From Lytechinus pictus (Eukaryota), in assembly GCF_037042905.1 (NCBI RefSeq), contig NC_087253.1:20522001-20586000 (forward strand): a DNA stretch of 64,000 nt, given 5' to 3'. The translations under genes and the position numbers were made by a program. This document shows, one piece after another, positions 1 through 11,926 of this stretch. The notes beneath the pieces are model-generated. The model saw only the letters and a list, made by a program, of their open reading frames with translations, was not told the DNA's origin and did no database searches. The first letter of the stretch is position 1; every line of letters starts with the position of its first letter.

Positions 1-680
1 ACACTCTTCATCTCTTCATCCATAAAATCAATGTACTTCTGAAAACATGATCGTTTCTTGTTCACCTTTGATTTAAGTTCTTTGATACCCTTCATGTGTT
101 TGTCCTCATAAGCTGCTCCCTTGATGACCTTGTGTCCTTCTCCCGTATGTTCCATAACAACACACCTGGAGCATGTGAATCTCCTGCAGCTGGAACAGAA
201 GCAACCCTCATCTTCTTTCGGATGTTTCCTACATTTGCGGTATCTACGTACAGACACCTTGCCTGATGAGATCTCACTCATGGCAATGACGTCATGGCCG
301 ATGAAGCCTTCCCACTGAGAGTGCTTATTAAGACAAGATGTGCAGAGATACCTGCCACAGTCTTGGCAGTAGACATCAGCATGGGGCTTGTCATTGGATT
401 GACAATTTGTGCAAATCTGAGGTTGGCCCTTCATGTCATCTATCAGACTTTTCAAAGCAATATTTACCTGTAGTTTGCCGACATCTTGGTTTGGGACCTG
501 TGTGACAGCTCTGCAGACAGGGCATCGGATCTGGGATTTACCGTGACACTCTAATAGGTTGTCCAGGCAAGTCTTGCAGAAAGTGTGAGAACAAGACAGG
601 ATCTTGGGATCGGTGAATGTAGAAAGACACACTGGACACTCTGTACTCTGGGAGATGACAGTCTTTAATGCTTCAGCCAT
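1..680 (-). CDS. TRIM-like RING/B-box/coiled-coil protein, copy 1 (5' part; continues beyond window start)
   Basis: ATG at 680-678. Translates as MAEALKTVISQSTECPVCLSTFTDPKILSCSHTFC... with C3HC4 RING, B-box1, intact B-box2 (CRKHPKEDEGCFCSSCRRFTCSRCVVMEH) and the start of the coiled coil. Not in the ORF track because the stop lies outside the window. Confidence 0.93.
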   Translation of the reverse strand, partial: MAEALKTVISQSTECPVCLSTFTDPKILSCSHTFCKTCLDNLLECHGKSQIRCPVCRAVTQVPNQDVGKLQVNIALKSLIDDMKGQPQICTNCQSNDKPHADVYCQDCGRYLCTSCLNKHSQWEGFIGHDVIAMSEISSGKVSVRRYRKCRKHPKEDEGCFCSSCRRFTCSRCVVMEHTGEGHKVIKGAAYEDKHMKGIKELKSKVNKKRSCFQKYIDFMDEEMKS

Positions 681-1013
681 GATTAGATTTTTATGAGACT
701 AAAAAAAATTACGAAACACAATGAAAAATAATTACAAAACACAATGAAAAATAGTATACATGTATGGACCATAGAATCTGTCATTTGTCTTTCATCACTG
801 AGTAATAAAAGGATCGCCTGGGGTTTTCGAATAGGGGAAGGAGGGGGAGGAGCAAGGGTAAATTGGGAATGATAAAATGAGGGGGACAGGAGAAAGGGGA
901 ATAGGAAAAGGAGCTTGGGATGATGGGAATTAATTGCGAAGTTGAAAGGAAAGGAATGAAAAGAGAAGAGAAGTAGGAATAATATTGCTTTTTAAAAAGT
1001 ATGTATTTTTATT

Positions 1014-1413
1014 GGTTTATTTCCAATTAGTCTAATGCCATTTCGTCTAATTTCCAAACTCGTTTACTATCATTTGGTCTAGCATAAGTTAGTCCACTAT
1101 CCACATTGTCTAATTGCAATTCCTTTCAATCACCAAGTTATATAATAACCAGTTGGTCCAATAGCCATTAAGTCCATGATCTGATCTAACTGGACTTAGT
1201 GTTAATTGGACAAAATGAATAAAAATAAAATGGATTTTAGACCAACTGGTTGTGTGACGAAATGGTAATAGACGAACTTGTGATTAAACGAGGTGATGAT
1301 TGGACCAATTGGTTGTTAGACGAAAAATTGATTGACGGAATGGCATTAGACTAAATTAAGGTAGACCATGTGATGAGTGAAAGAATTGGCATTAGACGAA
1401 TCGGCAATTTACC
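1014..1413. mobile_element. Non-autonomous MITE with GGT...ACC ends and short inverted subterminal repeats (copies at 38353-38755 and 48194-48596)
   Basis: ggtttatt...aatttacc with arrays of ccatttcgtcta / tagacgaa. Absent at the paralogous site of copies 2 and 5 (~15320, ~58265). Confidence 0.75.
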
Positions 1414-1920
1414 TTTTCATTTTCCCCATTACTTCCGGGTTGAAAAATAAGTCTGATCACCCCTAAACACCGATTTTTATGGAATTTATTTGTTTCGATC
1501 CTGTCTGTTCATAGATAGGAACGTTACAATTTTCTCACTGGTAATAATTGCGTTATTATTAAAGAAAAATGACAATCCAATAATATTGAAGATACAATCA
1601 TTAAACAAGTCATATCAATCAGAGTGTGATTTCAAATTCGACACGTTATTTATACATATGGCATTTGAATGTGTAAAATAGATACAGAATATATTTTGAA
1701 AATGCATGAATTGTTCAATATACTTACATCAAACTGCTTATGTCCATTAAAAACGATATGTTTCTCAGTTTGATCGAAGTAATAATATTATACGGGGTCT
1801 AATAGCAGCAGTATTATATATTTTGGCTACATCAATTCACAATGATGGTGCGTACTGAATGTGTGCAAATTTACAGTTGTTTACGAATTCTAGTTCAATA
1901 TCAAACTATTTTTAGTGATT

Positions 1921-1930
1921 GGGAATTCCC
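1921..1930. promoter_or_regulatory. NF-kB consensus site upstream of copy 1
   Basis: Perfect palindrome GGGAATTCCC ~200 bp upstream of candidate donor GTAAGT (minus, 1727-1722). Acceptor ...tttttag at 700-699, 18 nt before the ATG. Confidence 0.6.
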
Positions 1931-2059
1931 AGTAACCTTTGACATGTTTCAATTGTGCATTCATGTACTTCAATTCAGCGTAACGGTTGTTTGATGGTTT
2001 TTTTGTTTACCTGATTGAAAATAATCGGAATGTTTGTAGGATATTATTTACTTGTTTAG

Positions 2060-2850
2060 AGAAGAAAAAAAGAAAAGAACAAAAAAAGATAGAGAAAGAA
2101 GAAAGTAAAGAAATAACGAAAGAAATAGTAGGAAGGAAAGTAGGAAATAATGAAAGAAGTGGTAGGACTGAAAAGGAACATAAGTAGAGACGAAGGAAGA
2201 AAGGAAATGAAAAAAAATACAGAAAGAAAAAAAAAATAGAAGGAAAGAATGCATGAAAGGAAGGAAGGAAGAAAGAATAAAAGAACAAGGAAGGAATGAA
2301 TAAAATGAATAGATCGATAAAGAAAGAAAGAAAGAAAGAAATGATTAAAGAAAGGATGATAGAAATAAATAAAGAAAGAAAGAATGAAAAAAAGAGAAAC
2401 AAAGAAACAAAGAAAGAAAAAAGAAAGAAAGAAAGAAAAAAAAAGAAAGAAAAAAGAATGAATGAAATAGGAAAGAATGAAAGAAAGGTACAAAGGAATA
2501 AATAAAGAAATAAAGAAAAAAAAAAAAGAAAGAAAGACAGAAAGGAACAAAGAAAGAAAGGAATAATAAAGAGAAGATGCAAAGAAAATGAAAAAAAATG
2601 AACAATTAAAAGATGAAAGAAGAAGAAACAAAGTCAACATTGATAAAGAAAAGAGGGTGGGAAAAGAAGAATGAAATAAGAAAAAACGGGAAGAGAAAGG
2701 AACAAAAGATCAAAGTAAGAAAACATAATAGTAAAAAAAGGGAAAGTGAGAGATAAAAGGAGACAAGAGGAAAACAATGGGCAAAAAGGAGGAGGAAATA
2801 TAAGAAAGGAGAAAAATAGAAGAAGAAAAGAAAAGAGAAATGAAAAAGCA
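2060..2850. repeat. GA-rich polypurine low-complexity tract (paralogous tracts ~39405-40240 and ~49245-50060)
   Basis: (GAAA)n/(GGAA)n-like sequence; source of the spurious F/S/L-rich ORFs. Confidence 0.9.
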
Positions 2851-2928
2851 GAAATCAATCTTATTTGGCTGGAGGCAACAAAGCTGAAAATCCTGATTTG
2901 ACATTTTGTCTTTTCAAGATGGAATTAA

Positions 2929-3960
2929 CAGGGACGGATCCCAGGAATTTTTAAATCGGGGGGGGGGGGGCGTAACAGGCATCATAGGTACGTCCTGCCG
3001 GGGATCTAGCTGGGGCCCTCCCCAAGAAAATTTTGTTAAAATTAAACCCCTTATCGTACGCGATTTCAGCGTTTCTGAGGTAAATCACTCTATGTGAAAA
3101 AAATATCGATTTCATATAAAAGGGCGTTAAGATGACCTAAAGTTGACGCTAGGGCACTAGCGTACCTACGGGGGGGGGGCAGGGGGCACTCTGCCCCCCC
3201 TGACGAGTCACAACCCATGCAAAAACGTATGTTTGCCCCCCCTGACGGGCTTGAAAAACCTTTTTTGCCCCCCCCCCCTGACGAGCTTTAAGGCCTTTAA
3301 TGCCCCCTGACGAGCTTGAAGACCTTTTTTTTTTTTTTTTTTTGCTTGTCAATTTATTTCTGCTACGAAATCCTTTATTTGTGATCGAAGACCTTTTTTT
3401 TCTTTTCTTTTTTTTTGCTTGTCAAATTTTTTGGCGGACGGTTTTGCCCCCCCCCCCTGTGGTAAATCCTAGGTACGCCACTGCGCTAGGGGCTTGATGA
3501 CTGTAATAGAAAAGAGAGATTGTGGTACGCATTAATCAATGTAGATATGGTAGAGTAGGCGTGACTTACCAAGTCTTCTTCTTGACATTCATGCATGCTG
3601 TCAACCAATAAAATATTCCAATGTAATAAATCCAATATAGTCATGTCATATTTAATGTCACTAATTCTTTAAAAACAACACACTTTTAGTGATGAGTAAG
3701 TTGTGTTTGTATATCAGCTAAAACGTGTCCGGTAGCGTGGTTTGCGTTCATGTGAACCAATGGAATGCGGTCCCATTGCGAGTAGGCCTGTGAGGTCGGG
3801 CCGGCCGTTACGAGGCCGTAAACTAAACATGGGTATGATACCTCATTCTTTCTGTTTTAAACGTTTCGCTCAAGTTAAAAGGGACACCTTTTTCCTGCAG
3901 GTTGCCCCCAAAATAGGGGGCTGAGGCTGGATGGGCCCCTTCCCCTTGGATCCGCCCCTG
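2929..3960. mobile_element. MITE with CAGGG(A/G)CGGATCC terminal inverted repeats (copies ~40322-41005, ~50141-50819)
   Basis: cagggacggatcc ... ggatccgcccctg. Confidence 0.65.
3155..3483. mobile_element. hAT-type MITE nested in the 2929-3960 element
   Basis: TIR cactagcgtacc / ggtacgccactg; 8-bp TSD CGCTAGGG; empty paralogous sites at ~40546 and ~50359; internal ccccctgacgag repeats. Confidence 0.88.
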
Positions 3961-4304
3961 ATCAACTGATGACTACAACATACTTTAAAGTTCTTAAAGG
4001 GGTGATACTCAAGGATTGAATATAATGATTAGAAAGTCAATTAGACAACGAACATACTGAAAATCTCATCAAAAGCGTACGAGGAAAAACAAACTGACAT
4101 TGTAAATTTTGTAGTATTTCGGTGAAACATTTTTTTTTATTTAGGCATGTCGTCTTATGCAATGAGCAAGCCGATGATATCATATTTCCGACTTTGTGTA
4201 TTTTTTTCAATATATGAAATCTTTTATTTTTATAATCCAAGAATGTTAAAAATTAAGTTGATTTCTGATTTAGGTTTATTTTGTAAGATAGCCAGGGTAG
4301 TAGT

Positions 4305-6135
4305 CATGGGTGTCGATCGGTATTCTTGGTTGGGGGGGATGATTGACACAAAAGTTCTTGTGGATGGGGATCTTTCAACATTACCCCCACTAAAATCACA
4401 AGTTAGGACATTTGGGAGTGATTGATATGCATGGTGTTCTTGGAAATTCCTTCATTGTTGTAGTGTACTGTACTTAATTTTTTTTTTGGAAAATTCAATT
4501 TGTGTTACAAGTAAGCCTATTCTAAACTCATACGAAAGAAAAAAAAAGGACAAATTGTCTGGACCATGTACATAGTGATCTGTTTATTGAGCATGATGTA
4601 TACACAGTGGCGTTGATCCATTTTTCAGATTGGGGGGGGGGGGCAAAATCATGAATCAACGTTCCAAAGGCGCTCGATCATACAAAACGAACAAACTCAT
4701 CCACATACCCCTACACCCCACACACATAGGCCTATATTTTATATATATATGCATATATATATATATATATATATATAACCCATGAGAAAGAGACACATAT
4801 CTCACCCTCACCAACAATGCGAGCGCGAAGCGCGAGCTTAATTTTTTTAGTATGACATGAAAACAGGAAAAATGTACCTGTTTAGGTTTGTTTGTAGTAA
4901 CTCATGAGGAGCATAGATACATGTATCTCACTAGAGAGCGAGCTAAACAAAATTATATTCTGACGTGAAAGCTTGATATTCTAAGCATTTTTGGTACCAA
5001 TTATTAAGATGGGTATCTTGAAGAACAATAGATGCGAGCGCAAAGCGCCAGCTGAAAATGTTGATATTTCGATCTGGAAAAAAAAGACAGTTTAATGGAC
5101 GCTTTTAATAAAGGATAAGATATATATCCAACAAAATATTATTGCAAATCGAAGCGGGAGTTCTTTTGAGGTATAGAACTGAAAACGGGACGTTCTATTC
5201 ACCTATTTAATCATGAAAAGTATGGGGTTTTGGTACAGAAATGATGCGAGCGCGAGCTGAAATTTTTTATATTCCAATCTGAAAAGCAGACATTTTGAGC
5301 ACGATTTTAAATCAAAATCGAGTTGGTATCTCAATCTCGCTTGCTGGTTTCAGTCTAGCATTACAATCTTATTTTATTTTTTAGTTGCACATGCGGAATT
5401 ATTGGGAGGGGGGCAAAACGATATGTTCCCCCAATATTTTCATTGGCGGGGCGATCGCCCCCTGCCCCCCCCCCCCCCCGGATCGACACCTTTGTGTATA
5501 CAACTTCTCTCTTAAATCTAACCCGACTGGCAATATCTTTTTTCTTAATGCATGATGATAACATGCAGATTCGGACCAATTAAGACTAGCACAAATTACA
5601 AACTGTGTGGCTTCTCGTGCGCCATCGGGCTTACCGTCATTCCATAGAGCTATTACTGTAATAGCTATATGGTCATTCCTTAGACGATTTATCTTGCCAC
5701 CCTTTTACTCCCGTTTATTTTTCCACCCTTTTGAATTAATTGATTTATTAAAATTAATTTATTCACTATTGGTGGGACGGAACACCAAAAGTCGTTTTTC
5801 GTTGGGGTCCTTTTATGTCATGTGTTAAAAAATATCATATACATAAACATTTCATTTTTTTCATCTTGAACCTCCACCCATCTGTTTAATAGTCCTGAAA
5901 AGGAAGGTTTTTATTCAATAACAATATACACAAATTGTGAGGGAAACAAACTGATTGATGGCATACTATAATCATCATGATCAAACTTTTCATTTTTTCA
6001 TCATCATTATTATAATTTTTCTACCCTGAATTATTGGGGGGGGGGATGGTAATACAGGCCATCCCCCCTACTTGAAATATTGGGGGGGATATATCCCCCC
6101 ATCCCCCCCCCCCCCCCCCGTGATCGACACCCATG
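4305..6135. mobile_element. hAT-type non-autonomous element
   Basis: Perfect 14-bp TIR catgggtgtcgatc / gatcgacacccatg; 8-bp TSD GTAGTAGT; absent at paralogous sites ~31957, ~41357, ~51168. Confidence 0.88.
4605..5494. mobile_element. hAT-type MITE nested in 4305-6135
   Basis: Imperfect TIR cagtggcgttgatcc / ggatcgacacctttg; 8-bp TSD TGTATACA. Confidence 0.8.
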
Positions 6136-7582
6136 GTAGTAGTAGTAGTAGTAAGGATAGTAAGTGGATGGAGATAGAGGAGTAACAAACAAAGAAAAGA
6201 CTGAAGAGGGAAAGATGAATAGGAGGGAAGAGGTAAAACAGAAAGGGATTAAGTAGAAAAGGAGAAAATGAGTGAGAAATAAGCAAAAAAAAAACAGATA
6301 CTAAAAAGAGACAAAGAGAGATGCTAAAGGAAGGAAAACAAAATAAAGAAAATCAAACAATATTTTGTAAGGAAAAATGCCATTGGACATGTTTGATTGG
6401 AGAAGAGACAAGATAGCAAGTAATGCGTTCCTCCTTCTTCCTCCTAACGCACCTGATTAGGGCATTCTCACAATCACTTCACAGCCGCTTTCTATAACAC
6501 AGAGAATCTTTTGACCATAGCTATTCATAACAAAACAGTCTTTGTCGAAAATCGGTGAATCAAATCAGTAGTGTCGTCCTAGACTCTGACTAGGCAAACG
6601 ACAAATCAGTTATATTTCATCCGGTCCGAATCTTAAGACGATGTAGGCCTACTCTCACGGTCCACCAACTTTCGACAATGACCTGTAGTCTGTTCATTGT
6701 AATTTGACAGGAATTTTGCAATAGATTATCAACGTTCTAGAAACCGTTTCCTGCTTCCTTTCTCTTATCAATTTATTTCTTTTCTTCCTCTGTTCATTTC
6801 TTCTTTCCTTCCTTCCTTTCTTCTTCCCTTCTATCTATCTTTCTTTCTTTCTTCCTTCCTGCCATTCCTTCCTTCTTTTTANNNNNNNNNNNNNNNNNNN
6901 NNNNNNNNNNNNNNNNNNNNNNNNNNNNNNNNNNNNNNNNNNNNNNNNNNNNNNNNNNNNNNNNNNNNNNNNNNNNNNNNNNNNNNNNNNNNNNNNNNNN
7001 NNNNNNNNNNNNNNNTGATTAATCGAGTACATAAGAAGAATGTGTTACGTCCTCATCTAAGGTATTTATTTCATTAAAATCGGAAAAAATACAATTCAAT
7101 AAAGCAGTAATAATAACAGCCAAATTAAATGAAATATAGATCTGAATTGTTAATGTTTTATAACACATAAGGTTTTTTTTATTGAGATGTTATGTCATAT
7201 TATTAATCTTCCAGATTTCTAAATTTCATTTCAATTATTAAATTTCCCAAATTCACAATATCATTTTGGGGTTCGTACATCTTAACAAATAAAACGTAAA
7301 GCAAATTTCTAAAAAATATATATTAAAGAGTATCATACACACGGGTTTGGAATGATCAAATGGATGATCGAATCTCTTTTGAAATATTGTAATAAAGAAC
7401 ATAACTATTAAAAAGTGAAATGTTATTATTCCTAGATTTGTATATCATAATTTTTTATCATATTTGTGCGAAGAGCAAACATTGCATTCAGAAGGATCAT
7501 ATCGACGAACGTAGTGGTAGCAACCCTCGGCGGTGCTGCTGCCCTTTACATTCGTTGGACCATATCTTCCTGTTCAATGGTA

Positions 7583-9197
7583 GTTCATAAGTTCATAAGT
7601 TCATTTTATTTGTCTTCCAACTTTGAGTTTGAATACATGACAAACATACAAGTGTGTATGAAACAATAAGCAGAGTACATGATAAAACATACAGGTATAC
7701 ATAACACAGAGTATGCAGAAAACATTGTTTTTTAATACATTATACAGCTTAAGACAGAAACGAAATAATTTTGAAGGAAGGCGAGGAGACCTAAGTGAAG
7801 CAATGCTTGTAACTTATGGTTCCTCATTACGAATTCAAAGAACATTGGATAAACAACACAGAAATGACAATATAATATAATATGATAACTAAATAGAGAG
7901 GCAGGGAGAGAAGAGGAATACATTTATGTACAAAAGGGACAAAAAAGGGGACATGAGGACAGAGACCAGCCAGGTCCGGCAAAGGGGGGGGGGGTGAAAC
8001 GTATTGATAATTTAGCATTAACTATTAAATAACACACGAAATATAGGCTTTACGAATCACTTCCATAGTTACTCAGTAAATAAGATTTTAATTTTCGTTT
8101 AAACACTGTAGAACTGACAGCATGTGTAATGTCAGGGTTAAGTGCATTCCAAAACCTGGGTCCAGTGCAAACTAGAGTGCACAAAGTGAACTTTGTTCTT
8201 GCACGAGATACATGGAGAGTGGAAGATTGTCTAGTATTGTAATTGTGTAATTGACTATTCTTTTTAAATATCAGTGCCAGGGCTGAAGGGAGACTTCCTG
8301 AATCAAAATCATACATATAGATCCTAACTGCATAAAGTTAATATCTTCCACTTTCAATAAGTGATTGTCATGAAATAAAACATTTATATGGGCACGATAA
8401 CTGACATTACATATAATTCTAATAGCTCTCTTCTGAACAATGAATAATTTTGAATTTTGGTGAGTTGCCCCAGGCAAGCACACAGTAGTAAGGAACATTT
8501 AATGAGGAATATAATATGAATAAAATTTCTTTAGGGAAAACTGACCTCAACTTGTATATAACACCAGTATTTGACAACAGTTTGCAGAAATGATTTACAC
8601 GAAGTTTCCTGTTCAATTTCTCATCAATAAATAACCCAAGAAATTTAGTTGAGTTTACTCTTTCAAGACAGACATCATTAAACATTACATTGCCAGGCAA
8701 TTCACAATTCACTGTTTCTATCAGGGTTAGATGATTCCTATGTGGCAAAAATACACTAGAATCATCAGCAAAGAAAATAACGGATAATTTGTTTGATGAA
8801 TTTTGAAAATCATTTATATACAGTATGAATAAGAGAGGTCCTAGAAGAGACCCCTGAGGTACACAATTTGTAACAGTTTGCAAGCTGGAATTACTTCTAT
8901 TCAAAGATACAAATTGTCACCTGTCAGTGAGATAACTCCTAAACCACTCAAGCGCAACACCTCTCACTCCATAATGGGATAACTTATGTAGCAAAGTTGC
9001 ATGTTCAACTGTATCAAAAGCCTTGGAAAAATCTAATATACCAATTGTGCTCAAGTAATTATCCAAGGCAGTGGCAACCTTATCAACAAAGTGCAAAATG
9101 GCATGTGTAGTTGTATGCTTCTCGCGAAACCCAAATTGAAAATTCGAAAAGATATTTGACTTTTTAAAGAAATGTATGACCCGTGCATATATGAGTT
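7583..9197 (-). mobile_element. 5'-truncated degenerate LINE (CR1/L2/Crack group) RT fragment
   Basis: RT motifs DFSKAFDTV, VPQGSLLGPLLFILYIND and FADD with frameshifts; 3' AATAAA plus (TTATGAAC)n tail; TGGTA duplicated at both ends; empty sites at 33856, 43313, 52778. Confidence 0.9.
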
Positions 9198-9299
9198 TGG
9201 TAAGACCAATGAAAAACGTTTTCTCTTCAACCTGGATATGATTCTTAATGAAAGAGAATTTCTGCTATAATAAGTTTACATGTACACAATAAAACAAAT

Positions 9300-11900
9300 A
9301 ATGATATAAAGTTTGATTTTTTTCCCGTGGTATTAGCAATCATATCTGTCGTGATCTTCTATCGATTTGAATCATCTTCAAAAGGGAAAATCCGATGTAG
9401 AAATTTTAAATTGCATTATTGAATATATCATGTTCTGAATATTATGTCAAAATCTATTTCGATTATTTAAGTTTCACTTTAATTCGTTATTTCTTTTTTA
9501 CAAAATTTTAATATATACAAAGCAATAAAAAAAATATAATGGTGTACCTATAAAAAAATCAGACTTGTGTGAATGGACCAAATTGACATCCCCTAACTCA
9601 TTACGCCTATACTATTACTGTACATTGTTGTGCCATTGTCTGAAATACAATAAAGTTATATTTGCGTTTTAAAATCGAGTTATTCCAAATGATTGCATTA
9701 TCAAATTGAACTATGTACTTTAAAAAGTAGCATTGTAGTTCAGACCATTACTGCATCAAATTCAGGTAAATTTATTTGTAAACACTACGCCTATACATGT
9801 ACGTTTGTCTACCAGAAAAACAAAATACATTGTAAATATTATGATAATTATTATTTATATTTCTGCAAAGATAAACAGATAAACATAGATAAACACTTAT
9901 ATACACTTTTTCATATCAATGGTAAACATCTTACCGCCGCCGTGGTCATTACTAGTCAAATAGTATATAATTGTATTTGGATAGAGAATCATTTGATTCT
10001 CATGATATATCTAATAACATTATGTCTGAAATACAAGAACTAAAAATTTCCCAACATAGGATAAACATCATGAAGATGATGCTTGATAATATCAAAGCTC
10101 AAAGTAAAAATTGAGGTCAATTGAAATTGTTTTTTTATGCATTTTTATGCCATTTTCTGAAATGCCGGCAATATTTTTATTTTAGTGTTGTTCAATATAA
10201 TAGCATTTTGAAATTGAAGTACTTCGCAAAAAACTGAAGAGTGTTGACCAGACCATTTCTATGAAAGTAATACTGATATATTTACACATTATAATCATGT
10301 CTAGATATAATCATAGACTAGAATCACGATGTATTCCAACTTATGTATAAAAATACAAGTATACGCGAATAAACAGTATAGCATAATATACCCTCTTTTG
10401 ATATCAATGATAAAGACCTCACAACCCCCATGGGCATTACTAATCAAATATTATTTACAGTCATGTATATGAATAGAGAATCATTTGGTTTGTCATGAAA
10501 TATTTATCAACATTATGTCTGATATGCAAGTACTAAAATTTACCCACACAGGATAAACATGATAAAGATGATGCTTGTTACATGCAAAGTTGAAAATAAA
10601 AAGTTGTAAGGAGCGAAATGCTTTTTTATGGATGAGAAACGAGAGAGAAATGATCCATCAACAGTTTCTTGTAGTTCTATATAATAGCGGCTTACTTTAA
10701 CAGAAAATGGCAACTCAGTGAGAATCCTCTAAAAAGGGAAAATCCGGTACAGACATTTCAAAAAACATTATTAAATATTTCATAATTCTGAATATTATGT
10801 CAAAATCTATTTCGTTTATTTCCGTTTCATTTCAATTCGTTAATTTTCACAATATTGAAATATATACAAAACAATAAAAATAATAATAATGGTCTACCTA
10901 TAAAAAAAAAACATCAGGTTGTGAGGATGATCCAAAATTACATCCCTTAACTCATTACGCCTTTACTATTACTAGACATCTTTTGTGTCATTGTCTGAAA
11001 TACAATAAAATTATTTTTGATTTCATAATCGAGTTATTCCATATAATTGCATTATCATTGCATTGAACTATATACCTAAAAAAGTAGTAGTGTAATTCAA
11101 ACCATTTCCGCATCAAATACAGTGAAAACTATTTGCACACAGTAAGCCTATACATATACGTATGTCTAACAGAAAACAAATACATTGTAAGGATTTTGAT
11201 AATTATTCTTCATAATAAAGAATACAGGTATATATATATAAATAAACAGTTATATACACTCGTTAATATCAATGGTAAAAACCTCACCGCCACCATGGTC
11301 ATTGGTAGTCAAATATGATACACATGTATATGAATTAGAGAATCATTTGATTCTCATGAAATGTCTAATGGCATTATGTCTAACATACAAGAACTAGAAA
11401 ATCCCCCACTCAGGATAAACATGATGAAGATGATGCTTAATAATAGCAAAGCTCAAAATAAAAATTGATATCCATTGACTATGCTTTTTCTATACATTTT
11501 TTGTGCCATTTTCTGAAATACAAGTATACGCACATAAATGGTATATGGTAAACACATCACTACCAACATAATCATTTCCAATCAAATATCATACACATGT
11601 ATATGGATACAGAATCATTTGATTTCTCATGAAATATTTAACAACATTATCTTTGATTTTCAAGTACGAGAATTTCCCCACACAGGATAAACCTGATAAA
11701 GCTGATGCTTGTTTACATAGATGCAAAGTTGGAAATAAAAAGATGTAAGCAGCGAAATGCTTTTGTATGGGTGAGAAACGAGAAAGAAATGATCCAACAA
11801 CTATCTCATGTATTCCCCTCTAATATAGCAGCTTACTTTAGCCAAAAATAGCAGCTCAGTGGGTATCCCCCCCCCCTTCTGTGATATTGTGATATTATAT
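9300..11900. repeat. Degenerate modular repeat region 3' of copy 2 (equivalents ~33900-36600, ~43400-46400, ~52900-54850)
   Basis: Recurring modules such as gagaatcatttgat...aacattatgtctg...acaggataaacatgataaagatgatgcttg, 3-4 times per unit. Confidence 0.75.
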
Positions 11901-11926
11901 ATCAATGTTGATATCATCCATTATTT

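Noticed and set aside
1987-2904. F/S/L-rich and K/E/R-rich ORFs (also ~14834-15356, 28723-29243, 39330-40297, 49194-50116, 57734-58301, 62336-62704)
   Set aside because: Translations of purine/pyrimidine low-complexity tracts.
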